Virus record (IMG/VR): IMGVR_UViG_3300031999_000146 | Span: 1 to 30,258 of that record | Direction: 5' to 3' (one strand) | Length of the DNA: 30,258 nt | DNA from: a virus | Lineage: Duplodnaviria; Caudoviricetes | In this document: positions 9,109-16,392 of the stretch, one piece after another | Position numbering within the stretch: the stretch's first letter is position 1 | Layout: the number at the start of each line of letters is the position of its first letter | Notes under the pieces: model-generated | Told to the model about the DNA's origin: nothing | Databases searched by the model: none | What the model saw: the letters and a program-made list of their open reading frames with translations, nothing else | Position numbers and translations under genes: made by a program

Positions 9109-9392
9109 ATATAAATTATTTTAAATGTTTTATCTTCCCTCATTCCCCATACTTCGCAAGGGATAAAGCATTTATGTTTTTGGAAGAAGCTGTTTATCTT
9201 TTTCTCTCTTGCTCTCATGTTCCCCACACTCGTCCACTGTAGCCATCGTATCTCACTATCTTTTACAAACACTCCGTCATAGATTCCAAATATATCTGTT
9301 TCTTGATACTTCACTTTAGGGGCTGACCACCCTACAAATCCTTCTGATTCTAATTGTTTATACACTGCTTTTTTTATTACACTCTCTGTCAT
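9105..9392 (-). CDS. PD-(D/E)XK nuclease, Holliday-junction-resolvase/VRR-NUC-like
   Basis: MTE..I...L...G, DIFGIYD, W.Q motif; start at MTES after TATAAT. Confidence 0.6.
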   Translation of the reverse strand: MTESVIKKAVYKQLESEGFVGWSAPKVKYQETDIFGIYDGVFVKDSEIRWLQWTSVGNMRAREKKINSFFQKHKCFIPCEVWGMREDKTFKIIYI

Positions 9393-9396
9393 TATT

Positions 9397-9696
9397 CTAA
9401 TTATATAACTTTGAATTAGAGTTGTAAAATTCAATGTCGCCTTTGTTTAATTCATACTTCTCTCGTAGCAAGAATCTAATTGTAATCTGTAGATATTTAC
9501 TTTCTTCTTCTTGAGAATGGTTAGCATGTGAGTGACAATCAGTACAGATAAGGAAAGCATTAAGTGGTGAGCTACTTACTCTCCCTCGTATATGGTGCAG
9601 TTCCAATCCTCTGTCTGAACGAAAACAATTCCAGCATGAGTATTCATACAGAAATATGTTTCGTGTGTCTTTGCTAAAAGGATTTAGTAACTTCAT
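9397..9696 (-). CDS. Small HNH-family protein
   Basis: CWNC...ELHHI.GR...N...ICTDCH. Confidence 0.8.
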   Translation of the reverse strand: MKLLNPFSKDTRNIFLYEYSCWNCFRSDRGLELHHIRGRVSSSPLNAFLICTDCHSHANHSQEEESKYLQITIRFLLREKYELNKGDIEFYNSNSKLYN

Positions 9697-9744
9697 CTTT
9701 CATATATGTATTGTTATGTGAGAAGTGTTACTCCTCGTTAATAA

Positions 9745-10254
9745 TTAGTATCTCCAACAATGAGCTGAAAATTTCCAGTCTTCCGTACCATAGTTCTCGT
9801 ATACCCACATAGCAAATGTAATGTTGTCTTTCTCGTCTGCAAGATTTAGTTGCAGTTCACCTGCTTTCTTCCCCCACACCTTCTCGTTGATTTGGAATCG
9901 ACCAATGTCCACTGTTCCGTTTGTGTTAGCGTTTGTTACTACTTGTCCGTTGTCTTTAAAGTGCTTGTTACCTGATTCACATTGAGCAATTCGTTGCATT
10001 ACTGCTGGTAGTTCTTTTGTTTCTTCTACTACTGGAGTTGCTTGGTTTAATTTGTCTAACTCTCTTGTGATGTATATATCTTTCATAACGATAAAGATGA
10101 TTGTTGTGAAGGCTGTACCTACCATAACAATAAATACTTTTCTCATAAACTGTGCAAGATTATATTTCATTACTTGGAATCGTGTGTATTTTTTATGTGT
10201 GGCTTCAAAAGCTCCAATATACTGATTTCCATTAAATATTTTTGTCTTCTTCAT
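9745..10254 (-). CDS. Membrane-anchored lytic transglycosylase (SLT/lysozyme-like)
   Basis: TM helix, IAQCESG catalytic Glu, DIGRFQIN, W..S..CW; start at MKKTKIF. Confidence 0.8.
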   Translation of the reverse strand: MKKTKIFNGNQYIGAFEATHKKYTRFQVMKYNLAQFMRKVFIVMVGTAFTTIIFIVMKDIYITRELDKLNQATPVVEETKELPAVMQRIAQCESGNKHFKDNGQVVTNANTNGTVDIGRFQINEKVWGKKAGELQLNLADEKDNITFAMWVYENYGTEDWKFSAHCWRY

Positions 10255-10726
10255 TTTTAATTTGTTTATGTGGGCAAAATCCATAGTGACCTAGACATGA
10301 GTTACAGTTGTAACACAGAACCCTAAATCCATCTGGAAACCCGTTGTTAATAACCCATGAGTATAGTGCTTGACCACCATTCCCAATATCTTTTCTATGT
10401 TGTGTTCCTCCTCCTTCAATGTGGTCTATTGTAAGAAACTCATAATGATTTTCTTTGCAACACTCACACTCTAGTTTTCCCCCCGAATAGAACTCAATAC
10501 ATTTCATTCTTCTTTTACTTCTGCTTTTGGTGTTATTATTGTATGCTTGTTGTCGATTTTCTTCAGCCCATTTTTTGTTCTTTGCTAATACTTTTTCTTT
10601 ATGTTCTTTATAATATTTTGAATTTTGTTTTGATTGGCACTCATCACACCAATTACACACATTCCCATTTGATAATATTTTTCTGTCGTTTACTTTACAT
10701 TTTGAACACTTTTTGTTTTTAGTCAT
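10232..10726 (-). CDS. Free-standing HNH endonuclease with N-terminal Zn finger
   Basis: CSKC/CDEC; CECC...LTIDHI.GGG...VLCYNCN; own promoter. Confidence 0.85.
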   Translation of the reverse strand: MTKNKKCSKCKVNDRKILSNGNVCNWCDECQSKQNSKYYKEHKEKVLAKNKKWAEENRQQAYNNNTKSRSKRRMKCIEFYSGGKLECECCKENHYEFLTIDHIEGGGTQHRKDIGNGGQALYSWVINNGFPDGFRVLCYNCNSCLGHYGFCPHKQIKNEEDKNI

Positions 10727-10732
10727 GTATTA

Positions 10733-10761
10733 AGTATACTATTTCTTAAAAGACATATCAA
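10733..10761 (-). promoter_or_regulatory. Sigma70 promoter for leaderless HNH mRNA, overlapping an inverted repeat
   Basis: TTGATA-17 nt-TATACT-6 nt-ATG. Confidence 0.8.
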
Positions 10762-10817
10762 TATGGATAGATGTCTTTAAGTCGAGTGTCACCATAAAAT
10801 ACTTTTATTTTTTTCAT
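10758..10817 (-). pseudogene. Orphan 5' stub of the transglycosylase gene (MKKIKVFYGDTRLKDIYPY*)
   Basis: First 9 codons match 21/27 nt with the start at 10254 (MKKTKIFNG). Confidence 0.7.
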
Positions 10818-10822
10818 ATGTA

Positions 10823-11032
10823 TTAGTTGTTATATCCACCTTGGTCATCGTACATCTCGTATGGTTCATCTTCTTCGTCACTGTTATCGTCCATAAGTGA
10901 TTCCATTGTTTCTTCGTCTTCTTCTTGTTCTATAGTTTTTATTGCCAACGCTTCTTCTTCTCCTGATAGTCCTTCAATACTTTTCTCGTTCATTTCTCTT
11001 GCTCGGTCAAAGCCAAATTTGTATAAGTCCAT
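10823..11032 (-). CDS. Small highly acidic early protein
   Basis: About 25 of 69 residues are D/E; start at MDLYKF; the upstream part of the ORF is promoter/leader. Confidence 0.7.
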   Translation of the reverse strand: MDLYKFGFDRAREMNEKSIEGLSGEEEALAIKTIEQEEDEETMESLMDDNSDEEDEPYEMYDDQGGYNN

Positions 11033-11076
11033 AATGTTTTGTGTTAGTTGTAATCTGTAAGTTGCCTTACTCTTAT

Positions 11077-11120
11077 ATAATATCAGTTTATAATTATAAT
11101 GCAAGTGTACCTGTGGATAA
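11077..11120 (-). promoter_or_regulatory. Early promoter with upstream DnaA box
   Basis: TTATCCACA (11120-11112), then TTGCAT-TATAATTATAAACTGA-TATTAT. Confidence 0.65.
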
Positions 11121-11145
11121 ACTACTTATACCCTTATTTATAGCC

Positions 11146-11211
11146 CTACTTCCACCCTCTCAACAAATTAACAACTAACACAGAGGTTTTCATTTGAGAA
11201 GGCAGAAGTAG
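11146..11211 (-). ncRNA. Candidate antisense hairpin RNA
   Basis: 18-bp stem fully paired only on the minus strand (3 G-U); loop complementary to leaders at 11040-11058 and 13343-13361. Confidence 0.6.
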
Positions 11212-11233
11212 AACCGTAACTCTACAAGTTTAT

Positions 11234-11596
11234 TTAGAAGGTAACTTCTCCTTCATGGACTGGGTACTCTGGCTTCATTCGTCTATCCTGCTCCACTAAA
11301 TCTTCTAAGGAAGGAAAGGGTACATGTATACCAAACTTCTCTCCTATGTGTCTGTTGATTGTTTCCCACATAACTTGCAGTTCACCAGATGTTAAGTCTG
11401 AGGTACTTTTTTTCTTATAAGAAGCAAGTTGTACTTTTCTCCATATCAATTCTTTAATCAAGGTTGCATTCCAATCTATTGAGATGTCATGTCTTAATGT
11501 CTTGAGAACATCATACCCTGCGTTGTTTAACTCTGTAGCCAAGAATTCAAAATACAGATGTAAGCTTTTATTTTGTTGAGTAGTTCTTTGCTTCAT
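11234..11596 (-). CDS. NinB/DUF1367-like recombination protein
   Basis: RT.QQN..LH, KSTSDL, G...PFP motifs. Confidence 0.7.
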   Translation of the reverse strand: MKQRTTQQNKSLHLYFEFLATELNNAGYDVLKTLRHDISIDWNATLIKELIWRKVQLASYKKKSTSDLTSGELQVMWETINRHIGEKFGIHVPFPSLEDLVEQDRRMKPEYPVHEGEVTF

Positions 11597-11598
11597 GT

Positions 11599-11922
11599 TT
11601 AGAAAGGAAAGTTTATTTCTTCTTCTTGTACTTTGTAAGGTGCTGATGTCCCTTTATCTTCAAAGACAATTCCATCACCTAATATTACACTCGGTTGTCC
11701 GTTAGCTCGTTCCTCCTTTGTTTGTGGTTCTGCTACAAAGTGTGTCTTTACCATAGCCCATGTATCACCCTCTTTAATAAGTTTCTTTTCTTTCAAAGGA
11801 ACAATGTCTAGTGCATACTCTCTGATAACAACTTCTTTACCTTCTTTGTTTGTGTATTTTCTTTCTGTAATCTTTGTCTTATCTATCTTTGATAGGTCAA
11901 TCTTAATTGATATTTTACTCAT
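11599..11922 (-). CDS. Putative single-stranded DNA-binding protein
   Basis: Follows ERF; acidic tail ending EEEINFPF. Confidence 0.55.
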   Translation of the reverse strand: MSKISIKIDLSKIDKTKITERKYTNKEGKEVVIREYALDIVPLKEKKLIKEGDTWAMVKTHFVAEPQTKEERANGQPSVILGDGIVFEDKGTSAPYKVQEEEINFPF

Positions 11923-11939
11923 AGTTAATTATTAGTTTT

Positions 11940-12335
11940 TTAAAATCCCAATTCTGGGTCAATGTTGGCACTACTATTCTTGTCTATCTTTTTTGGTACT
12001 GTACTCGCACCATCATCATCATCTGATGTTAATGCTAGAAGTGAAACGAGAGTATATCTTCTAAAATAAGTAATTGCTGAACCTAGTTTTTGTGGGTCTA
12101 GGTTGTCTGGTAGTTTTAATGAAGAAGTCATCTCTTCCCCCTTTGCTTCATCTGCTATTGATGTATACACATTTCCATCTTTAATTGGTTGTGTCAGTAC
12201 CAATCCTTCTTCTCGCAGAAGTGGTGTCAGTTTCTCAATAATCTGGTTCAAGTCTACATACTTGTAATTGTATGCTTTTGTATCTTTTACCAGTGTTCCA
12301 ATTTTATCTTGGATTCTTGCTATTTTTTCTAACAT
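11940..12335 (-). CDS. erf: ERF-family ssDNA annealing protein
   Basis: YKY.DL, Q..GSAITYFRRY.L...L.L..DDDDG. Confidence 0.93.
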   Translation of the reverse strand: MLEKIARIQDKIGTLVKDTKAYNYKYVDLNQIIEKLTPLLREEGLVLTQPIKDGNVYTSIADEAKGEEMTSSLKLPDNLDPQKLGSAITYFRRYTLVSLLALTSDDDDGASTVPKKIDKNSSANIDPELGF

Positions 12336-12345
12336 ATATGTGTGT

Positions 12346-12801
12346 TTAGTTGCTTGTAATTGCTAATGGTTCTCTTTTTGTGTCAAAGTATTTAACACAA
12401 TTTTCTTTTCTTATATATATTGCAAACAAATCCTGTCTGCCTATATCTTTATTTGTAAAGTTCCAAGAAATTTTACCTAAAGTATCTTTATAACCTGTCC
12501 TAACTTCAACTCTTTGTGTAATGCCATTTTTCATAGCTAGTAAATCACATGAACATGATGGTGATATTGCTCTAAATACAGCATATCCTTTTAACATTAG
12601 GTCAGCAGCACATACAAGTTCAGAAATTGCACCCATTGTACCAGTACTTATATTATTTAATCCTGTTCGACCAGTCTTTTCTGTATTGAACTTTGTCTTA
12701 CAAACAGGAGAACATAATCTTTTATGTGGTATTGTGGTATCAAATGTTTTATAACATTGTGCACACTCTTTTGTAACATTTTCTTTTTTTGTATATTTCA
12801 T
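12346..12801 (-). CDS. Zn-finger + PD-(D/E)XK endonuclease (intron-associated PDDEXK_5-like), probable homing endonuclease
   Basis: CAQC...CSPVC; G.ISE...L..KGY.VF...DL......RVEVRT; own promoter. Confidence 0.75.
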   Translation of the reverse strand: MKYTKKENVTKECAQCYKTFDTTIPHKRLCSPVCKTKFNTEKTGRTGLNNISTGTMGAISELVCAADLMLKGYAVFRAISPSCSCDLLAMKNGITQRVEVRTGYKDTLGKISWNFTNKDIGRQDLFAIYIRKENCVKYFDTKREPLAITSN

Positions 12802-12810
12802 ATCTATACT

Positions 12811-12839
12811 ATTATATACTATTTACTTGTACTAGTAAA
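12811..12839 (-). promoter_or_regulatory. Promoter for the 12801 endonuclease
   Basis: TTTACT-17 nt-TATAAT-9 nt-ATG; TTTACT..AGTAAA inverted repeat over the -35. Confidence 0.65.
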
Positions 12840-12845
12840 CACCTT

Positions 12846-13109
12846 CTATGCCCTTTCATACTTAAATCCGACTAATTCCCCATTTACCCTGTATTCCACC
12901 TTCCTGAGGGGGTTTTTAGTTAAAAAGTACACATAGTCTTTTCCTGTTTTTGTTTTCACGAATTTACCCTCTGTTTCAAACCCTTCACCCTTTAAGTCAA
13001 GGATTATTGCTGACAGTCTAGTGATGTATTCTTTCAAGCATTCGTTTCTTGAAATCTTTCCATTTTCTAGCAACTGCTTTTTAACAAAGTTGAGTTGTGT
13101 TTTTTTCAT
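12846..13109 (-). CDS. Winged helix-turn-helix protein
   Basis: L..G.ISR.E.....ITRLSA.I.DL...G pattern. Confidence 0.7.
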   Translation of the reverse strand: MKKTQLNFVKKQLLENGKISRNECLKEYITRLSAIILDLKGEGFETEGKFVKTKTGKDYVYFLTKNPLRKVEYRVNGELVGFKYERA

Positions 13110-13336
13110 TAGAAGATGAAGTTAAGTGCTTGTAATATGTACACAGCAACTCCTATAGCAATTATTGTGTAGATTACTTTTTCTATCATCGATAGTTCCA
13201 TTGATTCTGCTGAGAATCCAAAGAAGTCATCTGAATCTGCTAATCTAAAATCTGCTTGAGGTTTCTTTTTAGCAAGTCTTTTCTTTTTAGTAACGAAGTC
13301 TGTATTTGTTGAATTGCTTTTTACTTTTAGTTTCAT
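13109..13336 (-). CDS. Small early membrane protein
   Basis: C-terminal TM helix; first gene after the promoter. Confidence 0.65.
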   Translation of the reverse strand: MKLKVKSNSTNTDFVTKKKRLAKKKPQADFRLADSDDFFGFSAESMELSMIEKVIYTIIAIGVAVYILQALNFIF

Positions 13337-13378
13337 ATTGTTTGTGTTAGTTATAATTTGTACTTGATGTACTCCTAT

Positions 13379-13406
13379 AGTTTACTAACTATAATTATAA
13401 TGTCAA
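13379..13406 (-). promoter_or_regulatory. Early promoter
   Basis: TTGACA-TTATAATTATAGTTAG-TAAACT; shares CATTATAATTATA with the 11100 promoter. Confidence 0.7.
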
Positions 13407-13419
13407 TATGTAGTTGTCA

Positions 13420-13775
13420 ACAGGACGACTTTTACCTACTGATACTAGGTAATTTGTTTGGGTCTATGTTGAGAGTAGGTGTTATCTAATAAGATGAGTT
13501 CCTTTGGTACTACTTATTGATTACTAGTTTAAATACGATGCTAATCATTCGGTACAGACAGAGTCGCCAACTGTTTTTCTGTACTTTCGCATTAACACCT
13601 TATTTAAAATTTACAGAACAGTTTTACTTGAAGTTTTCTGAAATCAAGGTTTTACTCTTTTTATCTAGGCAACATAAAAGACCACCTATTGCTAGATGGT
13701 CGATTATGGGTGTCTATCCCACAGAAAAATACAGTGTTTGAACTTATATCCTTTTGTGGAATTGAGATAGACATA
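13420..13775 (-). ncRNA. Structured non-coding region (candidate ncRNA/origin)
   Basis: Promoter TGATATAAT near 13781-13789; long stem 13711-13773; GCAA-loop hairpin; further stems to 13423. Confidence 0.45.
13676..13701 (-). terminator. Intrinsic terminator-like hairpin
   Basis: GACCATCTA-GCAA-TAGGTGGTC-TTTT. Confidence 0.7.
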
Positions 13776-13802
13776 TCTACATTATATCAAACAGAATGGA
13801 AG

Positions 13803-14105
13803 TCAAGCAAGTTTTTCTTTAAGTGACCCAAAGAAGCATTTACTAAATGACCCATTTCTATTTTTGTAATCTCTACATACTGAAAGAAAATAATGTAAAT
13901 CTGGTTCTTTTAGATGAGGTACTTTTAAAGCAACTGCTCTACCAGTAATCAAACCTACCTTTGTTTTTCTTCCATTTATATTTGTGTATGTATATGGGCG
14001 TTCTTTGTTTATCTCATCTACAAATTCTTTAATAATTTCTTGTCTTGAATTAACAATATTATTTTTGGTTTTGATTTGATATTTTGTGAATAAACTAAGT
14101 TCCAT
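13803..14105 (-). CDS. Hypothetical basic protein
   Basis: ORF with TTGCAA-16 nt-TATAAT-6 nt-ATG leaderless promoter. Confidence 0.7.
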   Translation of the reverse strand: MELSLFTKYQIKTKNNIVNSRQEIIKEFVDEINKERPYTYTNINGRKTKVGLITGRAVALKVPHLKEPDLHYFLSVCRDYKNRNGSFSKCFFGSLKEKLA

Positions 14106-14156
14106 TCTTTAATTATAAAACACCCACTAAGTCTTGCAACGAAGGGGTGTGTATAA

Positions 14157-14399
14157 CTACATTCTCTTAACAGCAACGAGTTGCCATTCTGGGTCAAGCC
14201 AAATATCATTTAGCTCTTTTGCGATACTCATTGGGTGAGTGTCTGTGAATAATTGGTGAAAAGCTTGGTGCTTTTTGTAATCTACTCTAATTACATTAGG
14301 AATGTTTTTGATATTGCCATCAAAAGGCTTTCCTCCTGTTCTTGACCTAGATAGTCTGTGATGTTTGTTTGTTCTACGAACTTTTTTTTCTCGGCTCAT
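14157..14399 (-). CDS. Minimal HNH-like protein
   Basis: HHR..RSR.GG...N...V...H.AFH.LF; start at MSREKK. Confidence 0.55.
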   Translation of the reverse strand: MSREKKVRRTNKHHRLSRSRTGGKPFDGNIKNIPNVIRVDYKKHQAFHQLFTDTHPMSIAKELNDIWLDPEWQLVAVKRM

Positions 14400-14509
14400 T
14401 TGGGTAGGTACTTGGTGTGTGTTTTTTGATAGCGATGGCAAAAAAGCAAATTCCAATAGTGATACTCTCCTGAAACTAAATAAAATAATTCAAGTTGGAC
14501 AGTTTTCAT
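14396..14509 (-). CDS. 37-aa ORF not in the track (MKTVQLELFYL...)
   Basis: Follows TGTTATAAT; ATGA overlap with the next gene. Confidence 0.4.
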   Translation of the reverse strand: MKTVQLELFYLVSGEYHYWNLLFCHRYQKTHTKYLPK

Positions 14510-14538
14510 AAAATTGAAGGGCTCTAACTTAATTATAA

Positions 14539-14569
14539 CAAAAAATCCACAAGGGCGTGTGGATTTTTT
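14539..14569. terminator. Bidirectional intrinsic terminator
   Basis: AAAAATCCAC-AAGGGCGT-GTGGATTTTT. Confidence 0.75.
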
Positions 14570-14586
14570 ATTACCTTGGAACAGTT

Positions 14587-14988
14587 TTAATTATAGCAAA
14601 CTACATTTCTTCTGCAAACTCCCCACTGTGAATAAAAGCCAGATGACTTATAAAGTTTGTATGCGTATGCAATATTTGTTTCTGGGTCTTTCAACGCTTC
14701 TTCAGAAGGTCTGTATTTAGCGTTAGCACCATATAAATTTATTTGGAAAAGTCCCACAGAGTAATCACCAGTAGAAGGATTATTATTAAGAGCATTTGGT
14801 TTACAGTTAGATTCTGCCATCATAATTTTAATAGCAATATCATCATTCCAGTCATAAGACTTAATGATGTGTTTATAGAAATCGCAAGGTGCGATTTCTG
14901 GTAATACTGCTGTTGGTGCTTCTGCTTCTACGGTTATAAAAAACAGAAAACCTACTATGATACTAATTATTAAAAATATAAATCTCAT
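14587..14988 (-). CDS. Secreted/anchored lytic transglycosylase (SLT)
   Basis: Signal/TM segment, IMMAES, SVGLFQIN, DPETNI..A..LY. Confidence 0.88.
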   Translation of the reverse strand: MRFIFLIISIIVGFLFFITVEAEAPTAVLPEIAPCDFYKHIIKSYDWNDDIAIKIMMAESNCKPNALNNNPSTGDYSVGLFQINLYGANAKYRPSEEALKDPETNIAYAYKLYKSSGFYSQWGVCRRNVVCYN

Positions 14989-15059
14989 TAAATGACCTCG
15001 CAGGTAGCTGTACGGATTGTCTGTAAACTTCGGTATAATTTTCGGTGTCGGTATATATA

Positions 15060-15257
15060 CTATTCTAACACAGAAACTGGCATGCTTATAGAGTTATCTC
15101 CCTTTCCAATTCCTTCATTTAATGTGTGTCTTAAGCAGTGTATGTGTCTTCGTATTTCTGATTGTTTTTCTGGGTCTTTTTCTGTGAGTAAATTTTCCTC
15201 GCATTTAGCTAGTGATATTCGCAAATAGTCTTTATAACATTTGCAAGGCTTTTCCAT
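15060..15257 (-). CDS. Hypothetical protein
   Basis: First ORF after the leftward promoter. Confidence 0.5.
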   Translation of the reverse strand: MEKPCKCYKDYLRISLAKCEENLLTEKDPEKQSEIRRHIHCLRHTLNEGIGKGDNSISMPVSVLE

Positions 15258-15286
15258 TTATATTTGAATTAACCTCATTACTTTTA

Positions 15287-15333
15287 ATTATAAAATACTA
15301 ATCAGGTAGTGTCTATAATTTGCCTGTGCATAA
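15287..15333 (-). promoter_or_regulatory. Leftward promoter with upstream DnaA-box-like site
   Basis: TTATGCACA (15333-15325), then TAGACA-17 nt-TATAAT. Confidence 0.65.
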
Positions 15334-15375
15334 CTTTTATAGTAATGTACTTTGCCTATGATAAAATACTTAGTA

Positions 15376-15657
15376 ATGGGATTATATAAACTAATCAACA
15401 AAGATACTTGCACCATTTGTGGTAAGAAACTTTTAGTTCCTTCTTGGAAGAATTGTGAAGATTGTGATTTTAATTCTTATCGAAATAAATATTTAAGAAA
15501 ACAAATAAAAATAGAAAAAGCGAACCTAGTAAGGTTACAATTTCAAAAACTTAAAAGAAAAAATATGAGAAGTGTTAACTCTTCTAACTTAGTAAAAGCA
15601 CAAATAATAGTATTTGATGATTACAGTGGCAAGGTGATAGGGTACAGAATGTTTTAA
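15376..15657 (+). CDS. Zn-ribbon basic protein, antisense to the main gene flow
   Basis: CTICG...CEDC; TGATAAAAT 8 nt before ATG. Confidence 0.6.
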   Translation: MGLYKLINKDTCTICGKKLLVPSWKNCEDCDFNSYRNKYLRKQIKIEKANLVRLQFQKLKRKNMRSVNSSNLVKAQIIVFDDYSGKVIGYRMF

Positions 15658-16391
15658 ATAGTCCAAACTCCAGTAAGAGGAAGTTTGTTTGCTTTTTGAT
15701 AGTCTGTCACTGCTTTTGCAGTAATCTCTCCGTAATAACCTGTGCAAGTTGGATATGTAAAGAAGCCTTTGTCTTTAAGCATTTGTTGCAGCTTTACCAC
15801 TTCATCACCTCTTGAACCTAATGTTAATTCCTTTGCATAAAACAAATTAGGCGAGACGCACCCGTTGTAGCCATTTTCATAATCCACCACTTCATAAAAT
15901 AGTTTTCCACTCTTTAAAAATCCTTCTGAGTTTCTGATATATTGTTTACCTGAAGTTCGTTTTTTAACTCTGATACATTTTCTTACTTGAAAGTGAAGGT
16001 GAGTACCTTTTCCTGTTGGTTTTTCTTCTGGTGTTACCAGGTTGCCTGAAACATAACAAGTCCCCCAGTTGCCTTCTGTTGCGATTGGTTCTCCTGCTTT
16101 GACTATTTGTCCTTCTGTAACAAAACTCTTGTCTACGTGACCATAAGACACCTCATAGGAGAAGTCTTTGTCATCTATCATCTGAAACACAGCACGATAC
16201 TTAGTTGTGTCTTTGTTTGTCATATTCATAAGGGAATACACAAGACCTGTGACGGTTGCATTGATAGTTTTCTTAAAGCCGATTGTGTAGTCTTGACCTG
16301 TATGAGCAAGTAACCCACTGTTTTTGTATGAGGGATTTTTATTTTCTCCAAATCCTTGTGTCATTATTCCCTGCGGTTTTTTTAAAATCAT
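15654..16391 (-). CDS. Endolysin: M23 peptidase + peptidoglycan-binding domain
   Basis: HTGQD (HxxxD), YGH, HLHF; LGSRGDEVVKLQ..L...G.YG..T..AV..YQ. Confidence 0.9.
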   Translation of the reverse strand: MILKKPQGIMTQGFGENKNPSYKNSGLLAHTGQDYTIGFKKTINATVTGLVYSLMNMTNKDTTKYRAVFQMIDDKDFSYEVSYGHVDKSFVTEGQIVKAGEPIATEGNWGTCYVSGNLVTPEEKPTGKGTHLHFQVRKCIRVKKRTSGKQYIRNSEGFLKSGKLFYEVVDYENGYNGCVSPNLFYAKELTLGSRGDEVVKLQQMLKDKGFFTYPTCTGYYGEITAKAVTDYQKANKLPLTGVWTI

Positions 16392-16392
16392 A

